Source of the DNA: a virus
Taxonomy: Duplodnaviria > Caudoviricetes
Length of the DNA: 64,000 bases
IMG/VR virus record: IMGVR_UViG_3300037851_000141
Span: 160,001 to 224,000 of that record
Strand: one strand, 5' to 3'
The position numbers and the translations under genes are program-made. Of the stretch, positions 27,148 through 36,930 are shown piece by piece. Every line of letters begins with the position of its first letter. Within the stretch, counting starts at the first letter, position 1. The notes under the pieces were generated by a model that saw only the letters and a list, made by a program, of their open reading frames with translations, was not told the origin of the DNA and did not search any database.

Positions 27148-27807
27148 ATGTATAAAAAAGATATTTACGAACAGGCTATGATGTTAAAACGAAATGGACT
27201 AAAAACTATCCAAGTCCATAGTATTACAGGAGTTCCGATAAGTACATTGAAGGGTTGGTTTAGAAAAAATAGTAGAAAAGACCACCGGGAATATGCTGAT
27301 CCTTTACAGTTGTTGGAATCATTCAAGGACGAAAACAATAGAAACTTTTTATATGATATTTATTCTTATTTGTTGGGATTTTACCTTATTCGTGGGCATT
27401 TATATGAACATGGTGACACTTGGGAGTTAAGTTTTTTCATATCAGACCATTTATTTAAGAATTTCAACAATAAGTTTAAGTTTTTATTTGGTCGTGGTTT
27501 TTTCATCATTAAGAACAAGAAGCAGGCATTCTCTTTATATTCTAAGTATTTGGACAAGTTATTTCCTAAACCAAAAGAGTTAAAAGAATGGCAAACCCGC
27601 ATATTGAATATTACTGAGTTATTTAAGGGAATGGTACATACAGTTGACATAAAAGATGGTTATTTTAGGATTAGGTGTAATGATGATAACGCTTTAAGGG
27701 TATTTCAAGGGTGTTGTATTCAATTGGGTATTGCTTTTCAAAAAAATGGGAATATAATTGAAGTAACTGACCGGGAATCCTGGCTACGCATCAGAAGGAT
27801 TTACTAA
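27148..27807 (+). CDS. HTH plus degenerate LAGLIDADG-like protein
   Basis: N-terminal HTH (GVPISTLKGW); YSYLLGFYLIRG resembles LAGLIDADG helix. Confidence 0.55.
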   Translation: MYKKDIYEQAMMLKRNGLKTIQVHSITGVPISTLKGWFRKNSRKDHREYADPLQLLESFKDENNRNFLYDIYSYLLGFYLIRGHLYEHGDTWELSFFISDHLFKNFNNKFKFLFGRGFFIIKNKKQAFSLYSKYLDKLFPKPKELKEWQTRILNITELFKGMVHTVDIKDGYFRIRCNDDNALRVFQGCCIQLGIAFQKNGNIIEVTDRESWLRIRRIY

Positions 27808-28622
27808 TGGACAAAAAGATTATTAGTTATAGCAATTCTGAGATACAAGCTGCTATTTCAGATTTATTAACTAAAGTATCAGTGATTAAAGATAAGATCA
27901 AGAAAGTTGTTGGTATTGCTAATGGTGGGTTGTATATTAGTATTCCTATTGCTGAAAGTCTAGGCAAGGAACATTCTGAAATAAATATCAAATTCTATAA
28001 TAAATCTGGTGTTGCTCTTGATAAACCGATGATAGATGTTGTTGATACGAGTAAAATACAAACTCCGTTTTTATTGATAGATGATTTGATAGATAGTGGG
28101 AGAACCATAAATTATTTTATTGATAAGACTGGTTATATTCAAGGTAAACATTTTTATATTGGTTGTTTATTTTATGATGAAAAGAATGAGTTTAGAGTTG
28201 TTCCCGATTTTTATGTTTATCCGAAACCTGATGCTTGGGTTGAATTTCCTTGGGAGAAGGTGACAAGTTATACATCATCACAAATTTCATTGGCATTAGT
28301 TGAGCGAACTCCATATTTGACATTAGATAAACTTAAACAATTGAGAGAGATTTGTTTGAAGGCTAGTCGTGGACCATGGACATTTGATGAAGATGAAGAT
28401 TGTCAAAGGATATTTTCTACAAATCTTCATGAAATTGCTAAAGATGAATATATGATTGGGCATCCTTTACAACTTGCTAAATGTCCGAAAAGGAATAGTG
28501 GGTTTGCTGAATATTGGTTCACTGAAAATGACCTGAAGTTTTTGATTTCGGCTTCCAAGTACATGTTGCCGATGGTTGAAACTCTTATAAAAGTTGCTGA
28601 GGAAGAAAATAATGAAAGCTAG
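27807..28622 (+). CDS. type I phosphoribosyltransferase with extra C-terminal domain
   Basis: GIANGG, LLIDDLIDSGRT, WVEFPWE. Confidence 0.85.
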   Translation: MDKKIISYSNSEIQAAISDLLTKVSVIKDKIKKVVGIANGGLYISIPIAESLGKEHSEINIKFYNKSGVALDKPMIDVVDTSKIQTPFLLIDDLIDSGRTINYFIDKTGYIQGKHFYIGCLFYDEKNEFRVVPDFYVYPKPDAWVEFPWEKVTSYTSSQISLALVERTPYLTLDKLKQLREICLKASRGPWTFDEDEDCQRIFSTNLHEIAKDEYMIGHPLQLAKCPKRNSGFAEYWFTENDLKFLISASKYMLPMVETLIKVAEEENNES

Positions 28623-28977
28623 GAGATACCCATTTCGTAGTCGTAGGTTGCGTAAGAAATATCGTCAAAAAGAATTTGCTGAATATGGATTTGAGGTATC
28701 TGGAAGTTATTTTGGTGAGTGTAAGTGTTTGTGGTTTGTTAGAGACGAAGTTTTTATAAATTTAGCTGAAATGATTGAAAAAGCCGGGTTTTATTTTGGT
28801 GGTGGATATAATGATAATACTTGGGGTTTTACGTTTGGTAAGTATCGTGGTTCCATTACTTTAGAAGATAAAAATAAGATACTCGAAGAGATTAAAAAGA
28901 TGGAAGGTGCTGGTCTAAAAATTGAAAAAGTTAGTGATTTGATTGACCTTTGGTACGAAAATCGGGATCCAAAATAG
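28612..28977 (+). CDS. yggL: YggL-like (DUF469) ribosome-associated protein
   Basis: RSRRLRKK..EFAEYGFEV and C-terminal LIDLWY. Confidence 0.75.
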   Translation: MKARRYPFRSRRLRKKYRQKEFAEYGFEVSGSYFGECKCLWFVRDEVFINLAEMIEKAGFYFGGGYNDNTWGFTFGKYRGSITLEDKNKILEEIKKMEGAGLKIEKVSDLIDLWYENRDPK

Positions 28978-28980
28978 TTC

Positions 28981-29008
28981 TTGACTTTGATTTTTTGTCG
29001 GCTATAAT
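28981..29008 (+). promoter_or_regulatory. sigma70-type promoter of Ro60 gene
   Basis: TTGACT-N16-TATAAT. Confidence 0.8.
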
Positions 29009-29063
29009 GTTCGTCGCAAAAGCCAATAAACCCTTGTCCCTCCAAGAAAGGAAGGAATGTATC

Positions 29064-30695
29064 ATGGCTAACAAGAATCTTTTCCAATCATCTGCTGGTA
29101 TGGCTCCAATCACTGACGCTCTTAATGAGGCTGGTGGTGTAGCTTATAACCTCTCTGATAAAGCGGCCCTTGCTCAGATGGTGGTTACTGGTTGCTTTAA
29201 TCAGACTTTTTATGCTGATGCCAAAACTCAGCTTGATACTGTGTTGAAGCTGGCAAACAAGGTTCCAACCAAGTTTGTCGCTCAACTGGCGGTATATGCT
29301 CGCACTAATGCTTATATGAAGGATTCTCCTGCGGTTCTTGCTGCTGTGCTGGCAAGTCGTGATATGGGAATGCTGAAGTCTATTTTTGCCACTGTAATTG
29401 ATAATGGCAAGATGGTTCGCAACTTCTGCCAAATCCTTCGTTCTGGTGTTGTTGGTCGCAAGTCATTTGGAACTGCTGCTAAGAAACTGGTTCAAAACTG
29501 GCTGATTAACCGTAAGCCAGAGCAGTTGTTCCGTGATATTGTCGGCAACGATCCTTCTCTGTCAGATGTTATTAAGATGACTCACCCTCATCCAAAGAAC
29601 AAGACTCAAGAGTTTATGTTTGCCTATATCTGTGGTCGAGTCAACATTGAAGTCAAGGGTAATACTTTGACTGCTACCAAGGTGTATAATGGCAAGACTC
29701 AAACCATCAAGTCTGAGAATATTCCAGATATTGTCAGAGATTTTGAGATTTTCAAGGCGAAGAAACTTGCTGGAAAGAGTGCTGGTGAGACTCCAGATGT
29801 GCCTTTCCAAATGTTGTCTTCATTGAATATGGGTACTGCTGAGTGGACTGAAATGGCTCGCAATGGGTCTTGGACGTTTACTCGCATGAATCTGAACAAT
29901 TTCTTGAAGTATGATGTGTTCAAGGATAAAAAGATGGTTGATATGATTGCTGATCGACTTTCTTCATCAACCGAAGTGAAGAAGTCCAGAGTATTCCCAT
30001 ATCAGCTACTTACTGCGTTCAAGTCAGTATCTTCAGAAATGCCAACCAAGATCACCAACGCACTTCAAGATGCTATGGAGATTGCTGTTGGGAACATTCC
30101 TGATCTTGACGGTAAGAAAATCTATGTTTGTGTTGATACCAGTGGAAGCATGCAGAGTGCTGTAACTGGTGATCGTGGCGGTGGTACTACTGCGACAACT
30201 TGTGTTGATGTAGCTGGACTTGTAGCCTCTGCGATTCTGCGTAAAAATCAAGATACCAGCGTAATTCCATTTGATACTGACGTTCACTTGGTTTCTCTTA
30301 ATTCACGGGATAGTGTCATGACCAACGCACAAAAGTTGGCTCTGCGTGGGGGTGGTACTGATTGTTCTTGTGCGCTTCGGTATCTTAACAACATTGAGGC
30401 TAAAGGGGATGTCGTTATCTTTGTCTCTGATAATGAGAGTTGGGCTGATCGTGGATATGGTCGTGGAACCGGAACGCACAACGAATTCCTGAAATTCCGT
30501 AAGCGTAATCCAAATGCGGTTCTGATCAATATCGACATTCAGCCAAACACTTATACTCAAACCAAGGAATCACCTTATATCTTCAATATTGGCGGATTCT
30601 CTGATCAAGTATTTGAGATTATCGCTGCCATTGCCAAAGATAGACTCAATAAGGATTGGTTCGTGACTGAGATTGAAAAAGTTAAGATTGGCTGA
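29064..30695 (+). CDS. rsr: Ro60/Rsr TROVE-domain RNA-binding protein with vWA domain
   Basis: NEAGGVAY..LAQ..TG..NQTFY TROVE start; VDTSGSM, GGTDCS, SDNESW, GGFSD; AAGGAAGGA RBS before 29064. Confidence 0.93.
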   Translation: MANKNLFQSSAGMAPITDALNEAGGVAYNLSDKAALAQMVVTGCFNQTFYADAKTQLDTVLKLANKVPTKFVAQLAVYARTNAYMKDSPAVLAAVLASRDMGMLKSIFATVIDNGKMVRNFCQILRSGVVGRKSFGTAAKKLVQNWLINRKPEQLFRDIVGNDPSLSDVIKMTHPHPKNKTQEFMFAYICGRVNIEVKGNTLTATKVYNGKTQTIKSENIPDIVRDFEIFKAKKLAGKSAGETPDVPFQMLSSLNMGTAEWTEMARNGSWTFTRMNLNNFLKYDVFKDKKMVDMIADRLSSSTEVKKSRVFPYQLLTAFKSVSSEMPTKITNALQDAMEIAVGNIPDLDGKKIYVCVDTSGSMQSAVTGDRGGGTTATTCVDVAGLVASAILRKNQDTSVIPFDTDVHLVSLNSRDSVMTNAQKLALRGGGTDCSCALRYLNNIEAKGDVVIFVSDNESWADRGYGRGTGTHNEFLKFRKRNPNAVLINIDIQPNTYTQTKESPYIFNIGGFSDQVFEIIAAIAKDRLNKDWFVTEIEKVKIG

Positions 30696-30709
30696 AACAG
30701 TCAGATAAT

Positions 30710-30750
30710 AAAATCCCCTTGACAACTAAAAAGGTCAAGGGGATTTTTTC
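30710..30750 (+). terminator. intrinsic terminator
   Basis: AAAATCCCCTTGAC/GTCAAGGGGATTTT. Confidence 0.85.
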
Positions 30751-30785
30751 TTTTTCTGATATAATACAAACGCAACGGAATAATA

Positions 30786-30980
30786 ATGAGATATATAGTC
30801 GCTAAACCAACAACACAAGAAATAGCGGAATATGGATTTTATAGTTCGTATGATGATGCCGCTCGTCGTTGTGAAGTTCTTAATCATCGTGCTGGCGCTC
30901 CTGAACGTGAACCTTGGGTTGTATGCCAGCTTGTTAAAGTAAATCCAACAGATATAAAGAGGAACCAAGATGACATTTGA
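30786..30980 (+). CDS. hypothetical protein
   Basis: Short ORF coupled to next gene. Confidence 0.55.
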   Translation: MRYIVAKPTTQEIAEYGFYSSYDDAARRCEVLNHRAGAPEREPWVVCQLVKVNPTDIKRNQDDI

Positions 30981-31617
30981 CTTTACAGCTTTAGCAAAAA
31001 TGATTGAGCAAAACCAGTTGATGATTCAATTCTTATATTCTATTGCTCTTGAGCGGAAGGTAACAATTGATGATTATAATTCAGTAAAGCCTCAGAATCT
31101 TAGTAATGATTATGCGTTTGATATATTGGCAAAATGTATATCTGACTTGGAACAGAATTCTCAAATTGAATATTATAAAGTCATGTTAGGTTCCAAGGAT
31201 TTAACTGACTCGTTTTTCAATGATGTTCAAGGCTTTATTAAGAAGTTTGAAGACCTTACTGATGTTGAAATTGATGAAACTACTTCAGATGGTAAGATGT
31301 CAGAGATTGAAATGAAATTGATTGCGGATGGAATATCTTTGTCAAATACTATGTTGAGCCGAAGTTTATCATATATTGCTGATTTGATTCAACGGTTACA
31401 TGCTTCCACATTTAAGAAGATAATAATTACACTTCTTCGTAATGGAGTTGATATCAATAGGATAATACAGACAAAAGCTAATGAAAAAGATAAAGAATAT
31501 ATTAAACAAAAGATAAAAACTGAACTTGAAAAATTACCAGATGGTTTACAAAAAGAAAAAGTAAAAAACTACCTTTGTAAGAGATTTGACATTGATCCAA
31601 CTGAACTTGAGGCTTGA
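30970..31617 (+). CDS. hypothetical protein
   Basis: GAGG RBS, long ORF. Confidence 0.7.
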   Translation: MTFDFTALAKMIEQNQLMIQFLYSIALERKVTIDDYNSVKPQNLSNDYAFDILAKCISDLEQNSQIEYYKVMLGSKDLTDSFFNDVQGFIKKFEDLTDVEIDETTSDGKMSEIEMKLIADGISLSNTMLSRSLSYIADLIQRLHASTFKKIIITLLRNGVDINRIIQTKANEKDKEYIKQKIKTELEKLPDGLQKEKVKNYLCKRFDIDPTELEA

Positions 31618-31664
31618 CATTCTAAAAATTGATGTAGAATGATGGCGTTAGAAAGGGGTGGATT

Positions 31665-32456
31665 ATGCCTCTTCAAGAAGTACGCGCCAAGCATTTTAGC
31701 AACGGATCGGTATATGCTCTTAAAACCGATTCTGGACACCCTATTGAAACAACTGATACTTTTCTTCCGTTCTACACAAAGAATGCGAAAGATCAACATA
31801 CTAACGTTCTAACGGATTATAATTTAGGTGATCGTAGTGAACGTTGGATGGTTGGTGTTTCTGTAAGTTCAAGCTGTCTAGTTCGTTGTAAGTTTTGTGC
31901 TACTGGTAAGTTAAAAGGATTCCGTAATTTGGCTGCGGATGAAATTGTTGACCAAGTTGAATTTGTATTGGCCAAGAATCCAGAATATAAGTTTAGTAAT
32001 GCGAACGAACATAAAATCAACTATACAAGAATGGGTGAACCGTTTCTTAATATTGAAGCTGTTCGTAAAGCGATTGAGATAATTGATCAACGATATCCAA
32101 ATACTCACCATTATGTCAGCACTATCGGAATTGCTGGTGCTGATTATTCGTGGATCAAAGATAACATCACTTTACAACTGAGTTTACATAGCCTTGATGA
32201 CGCTCGTAGAAATGACCTAATTCCATATAAGAACAAAGTTAGTGTTGAAGAGTTAGGCAAGATCAGAACCAAGAGTCATTTGAAGACTACAATCAATCTG
32301 ACTCTCGTTGATGAAGCAGATTTTGATATTGATATTATTAAGAAATATTTTGATCCAGAGTATTTCTTTATCAAGTTATCGCCTATTAACAAAAACGACA
32401 TTTCAATTGCTAATGGGCTTGGTGACGGTATAATCAAAGCAACAAACCTGAAGTAA
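31665..32456 (+). CDS. RlmN/Cfr-like radical SAM enzyme, N-terminal part
   Basis: CLVRCKFC, MGEP, STIG, LSLH; lacks AACGQL C-terminus. Confidence 0.85.
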   Translation: MPLQEVRAKHFSNGSVYALKTDSGHPIETTDTFLPFYTKNAKDQHTNVLTDYNLGDRSERWMVGVSVSSSCLVRCKFCATGKLKGFRNLAADEIVDQVEFVLAKNPEYKFSNANEHKINYTRMGEPFLNIEAVRKAIEIIDQRYPNTHHYVSTIGIAGADYSWIKDNITLQLSLHSLDDARRNDLIPYKNKVSVEELGKIRTKSHLKTTINLTLVDEADFDIDIIKKYFDPEYFFIKLSPINKNDISIANGLGDGIIKATNLK

Positions 32457-32466
32457 GGAGCCTACC

Positions 32467-32604
32467 ATGGACACTCAAACCATCCAAGAACAACTCACTC
32501 AAGCCGGCTATGATAATGCGATTGCCTGTGCTACTGAAGCTGAAATCAATGCTAAAGCGGCTTGCGGGCAATTGGCTATCATTACCGAGGCTGATGCGCA
32601 ATAA
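32467..32604 (+). CDS. 45-aa peptide carrying the RlmN-type AACGQL catalytic-Cys motif (not in ORF track)
   Basis: MDTQTIQEQLTQAGYDNAIACATEAEINAKAACGQLAIITEADAQ; AAGGAG RBS. Confidence 0.75.
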   Translation: MDTQTIQEQLTQAGYDNAIACATEAEINAKAACGQLAIITEADAQ

Positions 32605-32608
32605 AATA

Positions 32609-32616
32609 TATAAATA
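32609..32616 (+). promoter_or_regulatory. T4-type late promoter
   Basis: TATAAATA upstream of CCA enzyme. Confidence 0.6.
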
Positions 32617-32638
32617 GTGGGTATAAGGTAAAACAATT

Positions 32639-33979
32639 ATGCCCACTTTTTCGATAAAACACATTCTGGATGAAGCATTTGGTCGTACTGTTGATGACTT
32701 AAATGCTAAACTTGTTCAATTAGCTAAAACCTGGGGTGGTAAAGTATATATTGTTGGTGGTGCCGTTCGTGATGAATTGATGGGCATTAAACCTAAAGAT
32801 ATTGATTACCTTGTCACTAAAATTGAATCATCTGATCTTGCTAAAAAACTACAAAATATTCTTCCTGGTGCCAAGGTAAATGAAGTAGGTAAATCTTTTG
32901 GTATCATAAAACTTGTTGTTGGTGATGATGAATATGATTTTGCTATTCCAAGAGCCGATGTTGATAGAGATAATGTAAAAACTGATCCAAATATCCCGGT
33001 TGAACAAGATTTATTGAGAAGAGACATAACAATAAATTCTATGGCTAAGGATGTTGAAACTGGAGAAATAATATCTGCTTTTGGTGAAGATGGCGTTGCT
33101 GATGTTAAGAATAAGATAATAAAAGCAACAGGCGACCCAAAACAGAGATTTAAGGAAGATCCGTTAAGGATGTTAAGGTGTATACAATTTTCTGCTCGTT
33201 TTGGATTTGATATTGAACCAAACACATTTAAAGCAATTCAAGAACTTAAAGATGATTTCAATCAATTATCAGTAGAACGATTTAGAGACGAATTCTATAA
33301 AGGTTGGACTAAAGGTAATAAAGACACCACGAAATTCTTACAACTATTAGTGGATACTGGTGTAGGTAATCTCTTATTTGGTTCAGATTTTAAGCCTATT
33401 GCCATTGATATAAAGAATAAAGATCCAGAGTCAGCATTCAATGCGCAATATATAGCAATGTTCCTTAATGGCGGCGACCCAACCAGATTAAGCAACTTTA
33501 ACTATGATCATGATTTGATTTTTGTTGCTCGACTCTTAAAATCTTTTATTGATAATGGTATTGATTGGAATGAATTGAAAAAGTTATATAAACATGGAGA
33601 TTTATTCCCAATTATTGCTGAAGCTTTTTATCTTATTGATCCTAAATTGGGTGATAAACTAAAGAGTATGTTATCAAAACCTCTTATACAACGGTTAAAT
33701 AAATCTCGTTGGAATATATGGGAGTTGCCGATTCAAGGTGGAGAAATACTTGAAATAATGGGTGGTAAAATACAAAATAAATCAATACCAGTTGTTATAC
33801 AGAAACTCATAAAAGCCTATCAAAATGGAGAAATAGCAATAAATCCAGATAATGAAGATGAATCTAAAGAACTTGCTAAAAAATATATATCAACTGTACT
33901 GGTAAACGATAAAGATATAAAAGAATCAGATCGTCTTGGTATATTTGAATCAAGAATCTTCAACATTTTCAACCGATAA
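32639..33979 (+). CDS. cca: class II tRNA nucleotidyltransferase (CCA-adding enzyme)
   Basis: VGGAVRD, DIDY, RRDITINSMA, EDPLRMLR..F..RF, ER. Confidence 0.92.
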   Translation: MPTFSIKHILDEAFGRTVDDLNAKLVQLAKTWGGKVYIVGGAVRDELMGIKPKDIDYLVTKIESSDLAKKLQNILPGAKVNEVGKSFGIIKLVVGDDEYDFAIPRADVDRDNVKTDPNIPVEQDLLRRDITINSMAKDVETGEIISAFGEDGVADVKNKIIKATGDPKQRFKEDPLRMLRCIQFSARFGFDIEPNTFKAIQELKDDFNQLSVERFRDEFYKGWTKGNKDTTKFLQLLVDTGVGNLLFGSDFKPIAIDIKNKDPESAFNAQYIAMFLNGGDPTRLSNFNYDHDLIFVARLLKSFIDNGIDWNELKKLYKHGDLFPIIAEAFYLIDPKLGDKLKSMLSKPLIQRLNKSRWNIWELPIQGGEILEIMGGKIQNKSIPVVIQKLIKAYQNGEIAINPDNEDESKELAKKYISTVLVNDKDIKESDRLGIFESRIFNIFNR

Positions 33980-34012
33980 AAGAATATAAATACAATACGA
34001 GGAACTTATATT

Positions 34013-34747
34013 ATGGCTAAACTATCTCATCTCCTTGAATCATTCTTTAAGTCAGACACAACATCATTTGAGAAACATAAAAAAAGTCAAGAAGACGTTG
34101 AACGTATCCAATCATATGTTCAAGGATTAAAGAACTTCTACCTTGCCCTAAATGGTAAAAAGATAGAAGTTATTAAAGAGTCATTCGCATCTCTACTTCC
34201 TATATTTGAGTCATATAAGTCTGATAAACTGTTTGCTATTGAAAAAGATATTGCTGTTAAACTCAATGATGCTAAAGATGAAACTGTTATTGCTGATATT
34301 ATGAAGATGTTTGGTCAAATAAAAGAGGTATTAGTTGAAAATAAGGCTCCAGAAGCAGTTATCAATGAGATTTCTGTTGACACCACTGGAACACCCGATA
34401 GAATAGAATCACCAAAAGACATACCAGCAGAACCCGCCAAAACTATAACTCCAGAAACTCCGGTTGTAGCTGATGGAACAGCCGAACCTACACCAGAACA
34501 AAAACAATCAGCAATTGAGGATGGTTTTAATGAGGGTCGAAAGTGGTATCGTGAAAACTTTGATAAGCCAGAAGCTAATGCCAAATCTCACGTTAACCAA
34601 CTTGCCGAAACTGTACATGCTGAACGGCCTTATAAGTGGGTTACGAACTATATGTCTGGATTTAATCAAGGTTGTAAGTTCGAAGAAACCATCCAACGTG
34701 ATCTTAATCCAGATAAGTTTCCAAAAGAAGATGCTCAACAAGCCTAA
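34013..34747 (+). CDS. putative internal head protein
   Basis: TATAAATA 33985-92; LLES, IKES, LVE, INE motifs. Confidence 0.65.
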   Translation: MAKLSHLLESFFKSDTTSFEKHKKSQEDVERIQSYVQGLKNFYLALNGKKIEVIKESFASLLPIFESYKSDKLFAIEKDIAVKLNDAKDETVIADIMKMFGQIKEVLVENKAPEAVINEISVDTTGTPDRIESPKDIPAEPAKTITPETPVVADGTAEPTPEQKQSAIEDGFNEGRKWYRENFDKPEANAKSHVNQLAETVHAERPYKWVTNYMSGFNQGCKFEETIQRDLNPDKFPKEDAQQA

Positions 34748-34988
34748 ACCTCTTGAAAATGTTGCCGTCCATCATATAATTTATTTGTATGTTCCATTTA
34801 AGTTATTTAATGTCAAAATTCCATTTATAAAAAAGAAACAAAGATTTTTCTTATGTACAACTTACACTGGATTAAAGCTAATGGATGATAATGCTTATAT
34901 TGTCTCCGACCCACATATATTAAATTTGCCAGAAATCGCAGCATTATGGCAAAAATATAAGAATCATTATTTGTTCTTGAATCAATAA
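34731..34988 (+). CDS. hypothetical protein
   Basis: 3' part of ORF-track 34473-34988; fills gap. Confidence 0.4.
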   Translation: MLNKPKPLENVAVHHIIYLYVPFKLFNVKIPFIKKKQRFFLCTTYTGLKLMDDNAYIVSDPHILNLPEIAALWQKYKNHYLFLNQ

Positions 34989-35037
34989 AAAACCATGTTA
35001 TAATATCAACCTCAACAAAAGGAGTTAATTCTCTCAT

Positions 35038-35565
35038 ATGGTCCCTTTTCAACAACCTGATCAAAAACAGGCTATGATTAATGAACGAATCTCAGCCAGA
35101 GAAGTCTTATTAATCTCTTCAACCGGCGAGAAGCTTGGAATAATAAATACCAAGGAAGCACTACAAAAAGCAAAAAATGATGGTTTAGATTTGGTTCTTG
35201 TAGCCGAAACATCTAAGCCACCAGTTTGTAAAATAATGGATTATAACAAACTTATTTACGAACAAAAGAAACGCGAAAAGAAAAATGAATCACATGGTAA
35301 AGTCGAGATAAAAGAACTCCGTTTCGGCATCTGTATTCAAGACCATGATCTACAAATTAAGGCTAAACAAGCAAAAGAATTCTTGGAAAAGGGTTGGAGA
35401 GTCAAGTTATCAGTTCAATTCTCTGGTCGCGAAAAACAACATCCCGAATTAGGTATTGATGTCCTAAATCGTTTTATCAAGTTTGTTGGCGAAGATAAAT
35501 CAAAATTCGAGAACCAACCAAGACTTGAGGGACGATACATGAATACATACTTGCTCAAAAAATAA
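35038..35565 (+). CDS. infC: translation initiation factor IF-3
   Basis: INERI, GLDLVLVA..PPVCKIMDY, IKELRF, HDLQIK, GRE, P.LEGR. Confidence 0.95.
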   Translation: MVPFQQPDQKQAMINERISAREVLLISSTGEKLGIINTKEALQKAKNDGLDLVLVAETSKPPVCKIMDYNKLIYEQKKREKKNESHGKVEIKELRFGICIQDHDLQIKAKQAKEFLEKGWRVKLSVQFSGREKQHPELGIDVLNRFIKFVGEDKSKFENQPRLEGRYMNTYLLKK

Positions 35566-35593
35566 TATAAATAAGGTAATATAGGAGCAAGTT

Positions 35594-36100
35594 ATGACAT
35601 TCAAAGACACATTAAAGAAAAAATTGGAAGAAACTGTTGGTTATGGTGTTCAATTCCCCGGTCAAATGCCTATACAAATGATAGATTTCCCTTCCCAACA
35701 ACCAGAAGTAAATGGAATTGAACCAAAAATAACCTCTGGTGAAACAACTCCATTTGGACAACCAAGACAAGATAAGGCTATGGAAGTAAATCAACCACAA
35801 GCTGATACCGCTGTCATTGATGAAGTTGGAAATCTCTTGCTCACTATTGGTTTTATCCTTAACAATGCTGGCTTAATTTCAGATCGTTTTAATGCTGGTG
35901 AAATTCTTGATTTTGTTAACCATAATTTCGAACAACCTATGGCTCCAACTGAACAAAATCCTCTAAGTCCTGTAAATGGTGGATGTTGTGGCGGCGCGCA
36001 TAGTTGTGGATCAGAATGTTCTTGCGTTTCTCAAAATCCTGGTTATACTTATCTTCAGGAGAAACGCAAACTATTTGAGTCAAGGCACCGACCCAAATAA
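35594..36100 (+). CDS. putative internal head protein
   Basis: TATAAATA 35566-73; MTFK..LEE leader; LFES C-terminus. Confidence 0.65.
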   Translation: MTFKDTLKKKLEETVGYGVQFPGQMPIQMIDFPSQQPEVNGIEPKITSGETTPFGQPRQDKAMEVNQPQADTAVIDEVGNLLLTIGFILNNAGLISDRFNAGEILDFVNHNFEQPMAPTEQNPLSPVNGGCCGGAHSCGSECSCVSQNPGYTYLQEKRKLFESRHRPK

Positions 36101-36123
36101 GTAATAGATAAGGCCAAAGACTT

Positions 36124-36825
36124 ATGAATAACATTAAACAACAATCTTCTGATATTATTTTAGAAGGCTATTGGAAATATGGTTGGGTTATTCCAGTTAG
36201 TCTTTTTGTTTTTTGTATTATCTTTATGATTTTACGTAGAATTGATACTGATACTGATCAACGTATTTTATCCCAAACAATTATAGCTGCCGCACCTTCG
36301 CAAGACGATAAACAGTTGATGGTGCGGTTTGAAGATATTGATATTAAACCTGAAGATAAACAAGTAATAATGAACGATCCACCAGTTTTTATCAATTATG
36401 GTGGTAAAATATATAAAGAACTTGAAAATGGACTATATGAAGATAAAGATGGTGGATTGTGGCGAAAAATAAAGGTTTCTACCACAGCATATACTTGGAT
36501 TGATGATGGATTTGATTCAAGTATTGGTGCGGGCGATGGGGTCACTTCTATTGGTAAATGCGCAATTAAAACCTATGGAATTGCCGCTGATCCTAAAGCA
36601 ATTCCCTATGGGTCAACTGTTCATGTAGCTGGTTATGGCGTTTACAAGGTTGATGATACTGGTGGAGCTATGCGAAAATCATATAAAAAAGGTGAAATAC
36701 GTCTTGACCTTAGAATTCCTCAAAAAGCTTCAAATGGTCAATGGAGAAGTATATCAACCTGTCGTAATATAGCTAAAAGACATGGATATCAGCAAGACCG
36801 AGAAGTTCTGTTGAAAATTCGTTAA
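36124..36825 (+). CDS. membrane-anchored 3D-domain (MltA-like) protein
   Basis: TM helix; IAADP..IPYGS..DDTGGA..RLDL. Confidence 0.8.
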   Translation: MNNIKQQSSDIILEGYWKYGWVIPVSLFVFCIIFMILRRIDTDTDQRILSQTIIAAAPSQDDKQLMVRFEDIDIKPEDKQVIMNDPPVFINYGGKIYKELENGLYEDKDGGLWRKIKVSTTAYTWIDDGFDSSIGAGDGVTSIGKCAIKTYGIAADPKAIPYGSTVHVAGYGVYKVDDTGGAMRKSYKKGEIRLDLRIPQKASNGQWRSISTCRNIAKRHGYQQDREVLLKIR

Positions 36826-36930
36826 GACAAGATATAATTACTATTAGTTAATTTACATCATGAAGCATATCCGCCTTGGTGACTTTAATTCCCGTTGGCT
36901 AGTCATCCCAACTAAAAGAAAGGAAGGAAC

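Noticed and set aside
28950-29063. N-terminal 38-aa extension of Ro60 in the ORF track
   Set aside because: It spans the promoter; the strong RBS places the start at 29064.
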